This document shows, in pieces, positions 1-9,821 of a DNA stretch of 16,933 bases. The DNA is taken from NCBI GenBank assembly GCA_018985225.1, contig JADGIF010000151.1, positions 1-16,933 of the forward strand, read 5' to 3'. The number at the start of each line of letters is the position of its first letter. Position 1 is the stretch's first letter. This DNA is from Amoeboradix gromovi X-113. Its lineage: Eukaryota > Fungi > Sanchytriomycota. The translations under genes were made by a program, and so were the position numbers. The notes beneath the pieces were generated by a model. It made no database searches. It was not told the origin of the DNA and was given only the letters and a program-made list of their open reading frames with translations.

Positions 1-119
1 CTGTCAGTTGATGCGCTGTAGCTCATACAAGCAAGACAAAATGAAACCGATGGTAATGCATCAAAGAAAATGAAAGTGATAATATACCAGCTTAATTTAT
101 TTTGATCAAAAAAACAAAA

Positions 120-598
120 ATTTTGACTGTTTCTAATTGCGATCTCCTCGTTAAAAGTCCAGATTTCCGAGAAAATCGAGAATTCCCACAGAGAAACTAG
201 CAATGCTAGATGCTCCGTTACACTGATTGCTCACGCTTTCACTACCCTGATGCGGGATTGAATAAGGATGCAGATACTTGATGTTTATGTTCCTTGCTGC
301 CATATGATCTCTATCTATCTCCAAATGACAATTGGTACAGGTTCAGGTTTCTAAATTAGTTTTCTTCAGAGTGCCAAGTATTGTACATGGCATTGAATTT
401 CCGTGTTTGGACCAGCTTATCAGATCATACGTCTTTGTATGCTGTACCTGTTAATTATTTATTTATTCCATTTACCATTTGCGAATAGGAAGAATACCGA
501 GTATTTAAGCTATTAGATAAATCTGGAAAAGTCTTGAAATGATACAAAAATATATACAAATTCGCGATAAATGATTTATTCAAGAAAATATTCAAGCT
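120..598 (-). mobile_element. Non-autonomous Fanzor2/TnpB-like element, family A copy 1 (AT-rich 5' part + Zn-finger/RuvC-III remnant + candidate omegaRNA)
   Basis: Reverse complement aligns over ~470 nt with 8441-9010. Minus-strand translation NSMPCTILGTLKKTNLET*TCTNCHLEIDRDHMAARNINIKYL matches the TnpB/Fanzor C-terminal CxxC...CxxC-x-DRDxxAARNI signature. No RuvC-I/II is present. Ends are approximate. Confidence 0.85.
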
Positions 599-673
599 AT
601 TCCCGAACTTGATATTGCTTAGCGTATCTCATATAACTTGCATTATCAAAGTTTAAAGGTTCCAGACATCAGC

Positions 674-1066
674 TTAACTCAAGCTTTTTTTAGCTTGCTT
701 AGCTCTACTTACTATAAGACGTCTAGCATCATTGATCTTTTCTAGATATTTAGACCATGTTACATTTTGATTGTCATCCGTCTCACCTTCAGAGCACTCA
801 GAGATACAGCTACTGACGCTTAAGTCAATATCTACTAATTTACAAACACATGCTACTGTTGCGGGGCTCAGTAGTCCAGGTACTTGTTGTTCAGGCTTGT
901 CATCAACATATCTGAGATCGAGACCAATTGCACCGTCACCGAAGTAATTTTGCAAAACAGGACTACGTTGTGGAATTTCACAAGACATCGTCATTCCTTG
1001 GCAAGTGGATGTATCAATAGCATGTGCATACATTGGCAGAGATGACACGAAACTTAATAATATCAT
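674..1066 (-). CDS. Small putative secreted Cys-containing protein (~130 aa)
   Basis: Open frame from ATG at 1066 (MILLSFVSSLPMYAHA-IDT looks like a signal peptide) with six Cys downstream. No family recognised. Confidence 0.55.
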   Translation of the reverse strand: MILLSFVSSLPMYAHAIDTSTCQGMTMSCEIPQRSPVLQNYFGDGAIGLDLRYVDDKPEQQVPGLLSPATVACVCKLVDIDLSVSSCISECSEGETDDNQNVTWSKYLEKINDARRLIVSRAKQAKKSLS

Positions 1067-2183
1067 GCAAAGTTGTTTTAGTTGTCGCACAATATTTTGA
1101 TCACTACTTTACCCGTGTGACGCAAATCGAGTCTGAACACACTAAAATAAATAGGAGTTCGATCTGCACAAGTAGTCTACCCTTTTAGTAATGATTGTCA
1201 CCAGAAACTGAAATCATTGGTCAAGCAGTTGCCCTAATAACTGAAGCCGCGTGGAATAGCGATTCATCGTATATCATACTCATATCCAATATTTTTTACA
1301 GCACAAGCACTCTATACTATTGATTCACATTGTAAATCTAGCGGGCATTCGAAATAATTTTATTTTTAATATGACGTCTATTAAAACTCGTATAATGCAA
1401 TCTTAACTACGTCGTGTCGGATATTGGACATCTAGTAAATTATCTTTTTTCTTTTTGTAACCAATATCACCGTTGAATCTACTTTTCATTCAGCATGTTC
1501 TGTTTCTTATGATCCAAGACTAATCGATTTTTATTGAACAAAACATTTATCACTTTTTCGTGAGTGCTATAGCATCAATAACACTTTTTTCAGATATTTC
1601 CAATTGAATAATAGAAGAACTGAAATCAAATCGATGAAATAACCTATCAAATGCTGTTAAATCCCGCAGTCTAAATAGTTTAACAGGAACTCGTGTTTAT
1701 TAAATAATAATCAATCGCGATTTTAAGAATTCTATCGCTCCTACAGTCCTTCTTGCAACAATTTTCTAATCGATCAACATGAGGAAAGTCAGTCCCAGTA
1801 TTAAAAATGCTTCTAGATCATCTCAGCCAAAATATTTCCGACTGCAAGACATCATTTAGGAATACACAAAACAGTCTTTGAAGGGAATTATCAAATGGAC
1901 ACCCACTGCATGAGGAATATCTCTTTAGAGTTTGCAACATCTCTAAGAGTCGTTTGATATCTCATGCCTTCCTCTAAAGATGTCATACTGTTTACGAGAG
2001 TTTCATCCAATAAATCAAATGAGTATCTTGAGGGTAGCAGCCTTTTTACCTAGGGACTTACGAGATGCTTTTGTTATAAAGGGTATCTCAAGTGATTCTT
2101 TACAAGTAGATAAAACTACATGGCAGAGGGGCACATACTTGAAATATGCATCCTATTCAATCACGGATCAGAGAAGTCGAAAT

Positions 2184-3308
2184 ATGAGTAATCACAGTAA
2201 CGCAGCGACTAGGCCTTTAGCTTCTCTTAAGAAATTCTTCATATTCTCGGAATCTGTTCTTTTGTTGAGGAGAGAATGCCTTTTGAAACCTTGAAATTCC
2301 TCTATGCTGGGTAACGAATCAGAGCCTGCTACACCATTCACTAAGATATGTAAATTACAAAAGGATCTCTTCGAATCATCGCCAGAACAGCAGCTACAGA
2401 CACCAGTGAAAGTGGACTCCAACATAATGAAGCACATCTTTGAACCAAAAATGGGTGTAGCCCAGATGGATGAATTCTTTGAGATGGAAGACAGAAAATA
2501 CTGGACAGTCTCAGGTAACAAGTATTTAGAAATCAGTAAAATAGGCAAGGGTGGATCATCAACTGTTTACAAGGTAACTAATCACAAGTTTGAGCAATTT
2601 GCACTAAAAAATGTCACGGTAAACACAGAGGAGCTGCCAATGTTTTTAGAGGAAATAAAACTTTTGGAGTCGTTAAAATCTTGTGATCGAATAGTGAATT
2701 TGCACCACTTTGAAATAAACAAACAACAAGGAACCATTTTGATGACGTTAGAGCTAGGTCAGATAGACCTAGATAACCTCATTAAGCAGCACATACAACA
2801 GGGCGGCTTGCAAATGTGCTACATTCGAGTTTATTGGAAAGAAATGTTAGAGGCAGTTAAAGTAGTACATGCCCATAGAATAGTCCACTCAGACCTAAAG
2901 CCAGCCAACTTCATTGTTGTCTCTGGTCATTTAAAGCTCACTGACTTTGGTATAGCCAAGCAGATCGGAAACGACACCACCCACATAACCCGGGAGGATG
3001 GCATCGGAACACTAAACTATATGGCTCCAGAGACTCTCAGCATCAACAAAAACGGATACAAGCAGGGAAGACCAAGTGATGTGTGGAGTTTGGGCTGCAT
3101 CTTGTACTCTATGATATATGGCAAACCGCCTTTCCATCAGCTGAACATGTATCAGAAGATGCAGGCCATTCCTGACGAGGCATATGTGATAAAATATCAG
3201 GAGACAAAGGTGCTTGCGCGACAGGCTATGCAGTGGTGTCTGCAGCGAGCTGCACAAAATAGACCGACAGTTGAAGAGCTGCTTGGGCACGCATTTGTGT
3301 GCGAGTAG
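2184..3308 (+). CDS. MPS1: Mps1/TTK spindle-checkpoint kinase; 5' end uncertain (ATG 2304 as assembled, ATG 2184 if 2215-2322 is re-inverted)
   Basis: IGKGGSSTVYKV, YWKEMLEAVKVVH, IVHSDLKPANF, DFGIAKQI..DTT.I.R, GTLNYMAPE and SDVWSLGCILY are Mps1-type kinase motifs. The kinase frame is open 2304-3308. Confidence 0.9.
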
Positions 3309-3465
3309 CGTGTTGCTACTGCTAACACAATAAATGCAATTTGTCTCTATTCAATAATACTTCCATCTGTCTCCTCCAATTTATTTGTTTCTTTTAAACG
3401 CTATTGTCTTGCGACGTAAAAGTTATAATTGTTTTTCCCTCAATTTTTGAAACACTTGGCTTTTA

Positions 3466-4669
3466 ATGTCAGAATCAGAGCAACAAGAAGTTCTTGATGA
3501 CCAGCCTCGTTCTATTTTACTTGGAATTATATCTCAATTAAGAAAAGGCGCTGATCTTCATCGTGTCACCTTACCTACCTTTGTTTTGGAGCCAAGGTCT
3601 TATTTAGAAAGAATTACAGATTTCATGTCCCATCCAGAAATCATGCTTGAAGCTCTTAACACAAAGGAACCTGAGCACAGATTTCTTCTGGTTCTCAAGT
3701 ATTTTCTCAGTGGGTGGCATATTCAACCAAAAGGTGTTAAAAAGCCGTATAACCCTGTTCTTGGTGAGTTTTTTCGCGCCAAGTTCGACATTAAAGGTGA
3801 ATGTACTGGCTATTATGTAGCGGAACAGACATCACATCACCCTCCTATTAGTTCCTTTGTTTATTATAATCCCAAAGGTGTTTTAATTCGTGGTGAATCG
3901 AAGCCTAAATCTAGATTCCTTGGCAACTCTGCCTGTACTTTAATGGAAGGTGACACTATTATTCGTCTGTTTAACAAACAGTTAAATATTGATGAAACCT
4001 ACAGAATTTCGCTCCCAAATGTCTATGCTCGTGGCTTATTATTTGGCACAATGTTGTTAGAACTGGGTGATTTTGCTCACATATTCTCGAGTACAGGATT
4101 TAAGGCAGAAATAGAATTTAAAACCAAAGGGTTTTTTAGTGGTTCATACAATGCTATAGGCGGTAAAGTTACTGGCGAAGATGATAAATTAGTTTATGAA
4201 ATAAGTGGTAATTGGAAAGAGACTATTTATTATAAAAAGAAATCTAGCGAAGAAGTCTTGTTTGATTGCCAAAAGAGCGTTTCAATTAAACCCCAAATAG
4301 CTGACGAGACAAATCAAGAGCCCTACGAAAGTAGAAGATTGTGGGCAGATACGACAAAGGCTATGAAGAAGGGAGATATGGATGCAGCTACTGATGAGAA
4401 ATCGAAGGTAGAAGATAAACAACGAGAGTATGCCAAAAAAAGACAGGATGCTTGGAAACCACGTTATTTTGATAAAATTGAAGACGATGACAGGGATGTC
4501 GTGCCAGAAGGTTACTTTCCGGAAGAATACAAGCTAAAGATTCTTGATCAGTAATGCTAATTAATGTAGAATTGAAATGGATAACCCGAGTAAAACAGAG
4601 AAGCTATTTGCAGATTTTGTATTTAATAACCCACCGGAGCATTCTTACAAGGCTGACTGGAACAAATAA
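3466..4669 (+). CDS. Oxysterol-binding protein homologue, Osh6/Osh7 (ORP5/8)-type; join(3466..4550,4570..4669)
   Basis: LPTFVLEPRS, KKPYNPVLGEFF and EQTSHHPP motifs. Removing the 19-nt intron 4551-4569 extends the frame by IEMDNPSKTEKLFADFVFNNPPEHSYKADWNK to a TAA embedded in AATAAA. Confidence 0.9.
4551..4569 (+). other. 19-nt spliceosomal intron (GTAATGCTAATTAATGTAG)
   Basis: GT...TAG with a CTAAT/TTAAT branch-like motif. It contains the apparent stop of the ORF track, and removal opens 32 further codons. Confidence 0.75.
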
Positions 4670-4705
4670 ATACTTTTATTTATAATTTGCAGAGAATTTC
4701 TCGCC

Positions 4706-5029
4706 ATGATACATTGTAGAACCCTACTCAACAGCAGCAGTAATTTGCTCAAGTTTGTCAGAGCTGGCGCAAGAAACATTCAGAACCTGAACGGTGTATC
4801 TTATCCCTCAAAGGTCTTAAGAAAAATGCCATTCACAGAATTGCATGCATTATACCATGTGCTGTTAAAAGAACGGAATTTATTAGAATCTATGAAATTG
4901 AACTGTAAATTATCAAAGACTATATTTATGGAAGCTGACAACTTAAGCAAAGTAAAGTTGAGTATGAATAGAGTGCTGCAAGTAGTTGGGCAACGACGGG
5001 AAGTAAAAGATACTGAAGCCAATAAATAG
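4706..5029 (+). CDS. MRPL47: Mitochondrial ribosomal protein uL29m (MRPL47/yeast Mrpl4 family)
   Basis: LRKMPFTELHALYHVLLKERNLL...LSKVKLSMNRVLQVV matches the L47 pattern LRxKSxxDLHxLWxVLLKERN...KVxxSMxRI. Basic, acid-free N-terminus resembles a presequence. Confidence 0.8.
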   Translation: MIHCRTLLNSSSNLLKFVRAGARNIQNLNGVSYPSKVLRKMPFTELHALYHVLLKERNLLESMKLNCKLSKTIFMEADNLSKVKLSMNRVLQVVGQRREVKDTEANK

Positions 5030-5033
5030 TAGA

Positions 5034-6242
5034 TTATTTAACTAATTTATTCAATTTGATGCACATCCTTTCACAGCAAATTACTATATCTTTCCGTCTA
5101 GGTATCACATCAATCACACTTTGTTTACATCCCCATTTTCTAACTTTATCATGCGTGTAACACATCAGCAAATTCTCAGCTGCTACATACAGCTGTGGCA
5201 GTTCTATATCCCACCTGAGTGCTGATATATTTGAATGATAAAACGTGTACAACAGAGCACCCGCATAGTCATAGATTAGTACTGATTCACCATCAAATAC
5301 TGCTATTTGGTGTGATAAATCAGCTAAAAGGACAGGATTCTTTGTTGTTATCGATATTAACAAGTGCGTGGTATAGTCCTCATCGATTCTAAATAATTGA
5401 CATTTCTTGTCATTTCCAAAAGTTATGAAATAATTTGAATGTGATTTAATACCAAGAATACATGCTTCATGTATGGAAGTACTAGATTTAACATAATCTT
5501 CTATTCCGTCAATCTCCATTTGATTTTCTTTTTTTCTTTTTACGATTGAGATTAAAAATCCATCTTCAGTGACAGCTAAAACACACTGGTTATACCATAT
5601 CGCATCTATAATAGCTACATCGTGTTTCTCACGGTGCAGTACCTGACCAAAAGACGCATCCATGATGACCAAATCACCAACAGCGCTGATTACAGCCATT
5701 TCATCATTGTTACCACAAAATGCAAAAATTGGACTTTTGAGGTCCAAAACTACCTCCGAATCTTGCTTTTTGAAGTCCAATTCTAATATTTTACCATCAA
5801 AGAGACCGGCAAACTTACCAAACAGAGCAGTGACCGGCGAAACCATTGGCAGCCGTACAAGCTCTTTGTTATATTGATAGCAGAATTCGGAGCTGCCAAA
5901 TAACAGGGCATCCTCAGAATTGGCCATGATCTGGATATCCTGGTCTATATGGACACGATCCATCATGGCATCCTGTAAGTGCATTGCTTCATCTTGTACT
6001 TGATCACTAATTTCAACTATATCCTCATCGGTTCCGCACCATAGTTGAAGAGTTTTTGTATGCGCATACTCCAATTTTGTGTAATGCATTCCCTTTTCTA
6101 TTATTTCCATGAGCATACCTTTGGGTATTTCCAAACCGTTTTTGTATTTGCATTCCTGTTCAAAAACATAGCTTGAGTGTGAATACCCTTGCTCTTGCAG
6201 ATAACGCAATATAAGTAGATTTACATCATCTGAAGAAATCAT
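5034..6242 (-). CDS. LisH + divergent WD40 protein, TBL1/Sif2/Ebi-like
   Basis: N-terminal ISSDDVNLLILRYLQEQGYSHSSYVFEQE and IPKGMLMEIIEKGMHY are typical of the TBL1 LisH region. Beta-rich WD-like repeats follow. Confidence 0.75.
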   Translation of the reverse strand: MISSDDVNLLILRYLQEQGYSHSSYVFEQECKYKNGLEIPKGMLMEIIEKGMHYTKLEYAHTKTLQLWCGTDEDIVEISDQVQDEAMHLQDAMMDRVHIDQDIQIMANSEDALLFGSSEFCYQYNKELVRLPMVSPVTALFGKFAGLFDGKILELDFKKQDSEVVLDLKSPIFAFCGNNDEMAVISAVGDLVIMDASFGQVLHREKHDVAIIDAIWYNQCVLAVTEDGFLISIVKRKKENQMEIDGIEDYVKSSTSIHEACILGIKSHSNYFITFGNDKKCQLFRIDEDYTTHLLISITTKNPVLLADLSHQIAVFDGESVLIYDYAGALLYTFYHSNISALRWDIELPQLYVAAENLLMCYTHDKVRKWGCKQSVIDVIPRRKDIVICCERMCIKLNKLVK

Positions 6243-6520
6243 TTCAATTTTATCACCCTTTGTTTTGTAAAAAATTATTGAATGTGCAAATGTAGAAAAA
6301 TTAAATTTATTGATAGATCAAAGCCCAGTGTGCACTACAAGATTGCAGACCAGAGAGAATATATATTAAACTCTCCGCAGCACAAAGAATTGTGGCGTCT
6401 TGAATAATTCTGAACTCCTGTGTCTAATTGACGTAAACTCGAACTCGTTTTGGTGCATGATAAAAGTTTTGTGCTGTTGAGGTTTTAAGTTTATATTTTT
6501 CGAATTCTCCTTCGTCACAA

Positions 6521-7777
6521 ATGATTTTGGATGAAATCGTCGACATCCGACCATTTTGCGAAATGAGATTTCAAGCTGTGGATATCACAATTACAGTGCT
6601 AGAAGGCATTGCTGAGCTTTTTGGTACTGAGTTAGCAAACAATACACCCTACAACTTGGTTTCCTGCAACGGTGCACTCTCTACTTTTCATGGCTGCCAA
6701 TTAAGAATCCAAGGCGAATGCAATGAGAAATATATGGGTAGTGAGTCGTACATAAACTTATCATACTTGAATTTGGCTTTTTCATTGCATATTCAAAAAT
6801 CCGCAAATGTGCTTATTCTGGGCTCAAGATACAGCGGTAAAACTAGTCTAGTTAAAAGATTAGCTAATTACACAACAAAACGGGGCATGACTCCCTTTAT
6901 TGTTGATTTAGATATCACTAGTGGATTGATATCTTTACCAGCAACTGTCAGCTGTATGCCGTTGGATTTGCAAATTGATCCTACTTGCGGCAGCTGCTTA
7001 AGTTTCAACGTCACCAGCCTGAACGCAGAGACACTTCCATTAGTGTACTACTTTGGATATACGCATTTGAAGCAGCACGAGGATTTGTATTATACTTTAA
7101 TGCAAAAAGTAAAAGACAATATGAATAAATATTCTGATAAACATTCAGTTCCTTTTACATTTATTGATATGATGCCAGATCCAAGTGTAGAAATGATTAA
7201 AAAAGTCATTGAAATTTTTCAAATAAATAATATAATCATCATTTCTGATGAATTACTGTTTTCTAGAATCAAGGATGTGGTTTCTTGTAAGATTGCACTG
7301 GTAAAAAAAAGTGAGGGAGTTTTTACACCAGGCTCTACAGATTCGGCAAACAAAATTGCTCAGCAAAAGATTAGAGAATATTTTTATGGTGCTAAAAAAG
7401 AGTTGAGTCCTTTTTCAACAAACTGCAAGACTGACGATATAGTTGTAGTAAAGCGAGGTCAGCTATTCTCTGGAGCAGCCCATACTATGCCACTCCATTC
7501 TAATTCAGAAAAGAACCTGACATTTATTGGAGCCATGGAAGCATCATTTTTAGACAAGGGATTAATAGCACTAAGTGCAGCAGTGAATGCAGAAGATTCT
7601 ATCACTGAACATGTAATCGGATTTGGATTTGTGAGTACTGTGGATGAAGCTAAAGCAACTGATGAAGGTGTCGTTCCACCGGCTAGATTGCAGATATTGT
7701 TGCCAGAACCAATGAAGTTAAAAGAATCTCAAAGAGTCTTTATTACTGGTGATATGAAATGGATTCAAAGTAAATAG
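6521..7777 (+). CDS. CLP1: Clp1 polyribonucleotide 5'-kinase / cleavage-polyadenylation factor
   Basis: EMRF..., GIAELFGTELA, TFHGCQL, P-loop GSRYSGKTS, VDLD, PLVYYFG and IREYFYG motifs. Confidence 0.9.
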   Translation: MILDEIVDIRPFCEMRFQAVDITITVLEGIAELFGTELANNTPYNLVSCNGALSTFHGCQLRIQGECNEKYMGSESYINLSYLNLAFSLHIQKSANVLILGSRYSGKTSLVKRLANYTTKRGMTPFIVDLDITSGLISLPATVSCMPLDLQIDPTCGSCLSFNVTSLNAETLPLVYYFGYTHLKQHEDLYYTLMQKVKDNMNKYSDKHSVPFTFIDMMPDPSVEMIKKVIEIFQINNIIIISDELLFSRIKDVVSCKIALVKKSEGVFTPGSTDSANKIAQQKIREYFYGAKKELSPFSTNCKTDDIVVVKRGQLFSGAAHTMPLHSNSEKNLTFIGAMEASFLDKGLIALSAAVNAEDSITEHVIGFGFVSTVDEAKATDEGVVPPARLQILLPEPMKLKESQRVFITGDMKWIQSK

Positions 7778-8047
7778 AAATACATAAAGAAATTTTGATT
7801 CTAAGCTATTGCTGTCTTAAGTCCAAATCGACTGCCAACCATATGCGAAATCAGATACAAAAACTAAGTTGTGTTGAGAGATTCGATAGTTTCAATTATA
7901 GTATATTTAGGTCCTCTAGTAGATGATATATCAAACATAAAAACAACACCGTGTATATGAATCAATACTTCTAAGACTAAGAATAAGTCTATTCATCCAA
8001 TTTACCGCATAAGTGAGATGCAATTGAGCTATGTAACAAGTTCATCG

Positions 8048-8168
8048 TTTTTGACGACGGCCACGATTGCCTCCTTTTGTAAAGTCTTGGCTACCTTTAA
8101 AATTAAGAATTATGCAGAGAAGTTACAGCGGTTGCTCACACTTCCATTACCCTGAGGCGTTATTGAAT
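8048..8168 (-). ncRNA. Family A copy 4: stand-alone candidate omegaRNA segment without coding remnant
   Basis: Minus strand cgcctcagggtaatggaagtgtgagcaaccgctgtaacttctctg...caagactttacaaaaggag aligns with the 3' conserved segment of copies 1-3, with the internal ctagca/tgctag hairpin deleted. RNA identity is inferred from position relative to the Fanzor tail in the other copies. Confidence 0.55.
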
Positions 8169-8179
8169 CACAAGAAGGA

Positions 8180-8440
8180 CCATATAGAAGCTATCAAGGC
8201 TAGTGACGATACCTCGAGCAGAAAAAGTAAAAATTAATGCTTTGTTTCGCGAGCTTCGCAAGATAAAGAATGACATCCTCAGTGTTAACGACCCAAGACA
8301 TTAGATGCGCGGTACCGTTTCTAGATCGACATTGAAAGAGTCAAGATCTTGCAGCAAGCACTAAGAGAAGAGAGCGTCTATTAGGACATCCAATGCATGC
8401 CACAAGATAACCTCCCATTGATGCTCTATATGATAAAAGC
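8180..8440 (+). pseudogene. Fanzor1 pseudogene, upstream (REC-region) fragment, family B
   Basis: With frameshifts it reads INALFRELRKIKNDILSVND..DARYRF*IDIERVKILQQALREESVY*DIQCMPQDNLPLMLYMIK, resembling the Fanzor1 motifs ELRKxKxDIL / SVYYDxxxxPQDYLxxMxYM (recognised from memory). Confidence 0.7.
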
Positions 8441-9010
8441 AGCTTCACTATTTTCTTGAATAAATCATTTATCGCGAATTTTTATATATTTTTGTATCAT
8501 TTCAAGACTTTCCAGATTTTTCTACTAGCTTAAACACTCGATATTCTTCCTTTTCGCAAAAGGTAAATCAATTCTAAATAAATAATTAACAGGTACAGCA
8601 TGCATTCGTCTCAGACTGATAAGCTGGTCCAAACATGGAAATTCGATGCCATGTACAATATGTGGCACTCTAAAGAAAACCAATTTGGAGAGCTATTCAT
8701 GTACATAGTGTCATTTCGAAGTGGACATGGACCACATGGCACCAAAGAACAAATTCGATGCCATGTACGAGGTATGGTATTTAAAGAGAACAAGCTTAGG
8801 AACCTGAACCTGTACAAATTGTCATTTGAAAGTAGATAGAGATCATATGGCAGCAAGGAACATATACATCAAGTATCTGCATCCTTAATCAATCCCGCCT
8901 CAGGGTAGTGCAAGGGTGAGCAATCACTGTAACGGAGATCTAGCATTGCTAGTTTCTCTGTGGAAATTCTCGCAAATCAAGACTTTTAACGAGGAATTCT
9001 GTAATTCGAA
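8441..9010 (+). mobile_element. Family A copy 2, with tandem duplication of the Zn-finger/RuvC-III segment
   Basis: Inverted homologue of 120-598. It reads SMPCTICGTLKKTNLESYSCT*CHFEVDMDHMAPKN, then again ...T*TCTNCHLKVDRDHMAARNIYIKYLHP* (stop 8886-8888). The 18-mer aaattcgatgccatgtac recurs at 8639 and 8751. Confidence 0.85.
8890..9010 (+). ncRNA. Candidate omegaRNA scaffold of family A copy 2
   Basis: Lies directly 3' of the RuvC-III remnant and is conserved in four copies. Stems gtagtg/cactgt and acggaga-[ctagcattgctag]-tttctctgt are visible. Confidence 0.55.
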
Positions 9011-9287
9011 TAAAAACTCGAAAATCATTAAACAAAATTTGTGATACTCAAAAGCATTGCAACATACCTTTAAGTTGCATTGGAATACTTGTTGCGAATG
9101 TAGCGGTCCCATTTGCAGGCATGCTATACCCAAACACTCTAGGGAAGACTATTGGGGTCTTCCTGATTCCACCAGAATCATGTTCTATTTAGTTATTCAA
9201 TTTTGAAGAAAGAAGTATGATTTTAATATAATAAATAGATTACATTAACCAACCGCTGAACTGAATAACAGGTAATATTTTATATAT

Positions 9288-9656
9288 TCACCAATTGGTT
9301 ATTTTGTTTTCTTTATCATATATAAACTTATTCTTTTTTTGAAGTATTTTAATTTTAAAATCACTATTAGTAGTAATAATATCTTTCAAATCCACGGTTT
9401 CAATGTAATTCATTTCTTCTCGTATTCCAGCAAGTTGTGCAAATTCATACGGTATGATTCTACGACTATCAGGTAATCTGCCTGAACAAAAATCAACAAT
9501 TTGCTCCTGTTGTAATGGATCTAAATTCAATTTGTTCATTAAATTGAATCTATCAGAAATACTGCAATTTTTAGTTGCATCAAATCTTAATACTAGTTCA
9601 TTATTTTGAGTCGTTTCGTTTTCTTTATTTGGTGGAACCGAATTTGAATTTCCCAT
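9288..9656 (-). CDS. Hypothetical 122-aa protein with N-myristoylation-type start (MGNSNS)
   Basis: Open frame with an MGxxxS consensus at ATG 9656. No family recognised. Confidence 0.55.
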   Translation of the reverse strand: MGNSNSVPPNKENETTQNNELVLRFDATKNCSISDRFNLMNKLNLDPLQQEQIVDFCSGRLPDSRRIIPYEFAQLAGIREEMNYIETVDLKDIITTNSDFKIKILQKKNKFIYDKENKITNW

Positions 9657-9821
9657 CGTTTTGAACATGAAATGGGATTTTTTTGAAGGTTTCTTGAATA
9701 AATGTGAGGGTAGAAGACCCTTTATAACTATTGAAGATTTCAAATCTGTAAAGCAAAATAACATCATGTATTACGATAAACCAAATACAAATTGCTTTAC
9801 AAATAACAAATTGAAAAAAAT

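Noticed and set aside
186-212. acagagaaactagcaatg resembles the U6 snRNA ACAGAGA..AGC box
   Set aside because: The rest of U6 is missing, and the sequence is the antisense strand of the family A 3' segment.
1980-2294. 104-aa plus ORF in frame with MPS1 across a single TGA (readthrough or TGA recoding)
   Set aside because: Composition looks antisense-like, host genes use TGG for Trp, and a local inversion or a start at 2304 explains it more simply.
8639-8768. CRISPR-like repeat-spacer array
   Set aside because: Only two units, and the 'spacers' are homologous to each other, so this is a tandem duplication.
120-9010. Copies 1 and 2 as the terminal inverted repeats of one 9-kb transposon
   Set aside because: They are diverged, enclose ordinary housekeeping genes, and further copies occur elsewhere, so independent insertions are more likely.
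8600-9133. ORF-track entries 8600-8839, 8611-8856 and 8924-9133
   Set aside because: Off-frame or antisense readings of family A copy 2 and its flank.
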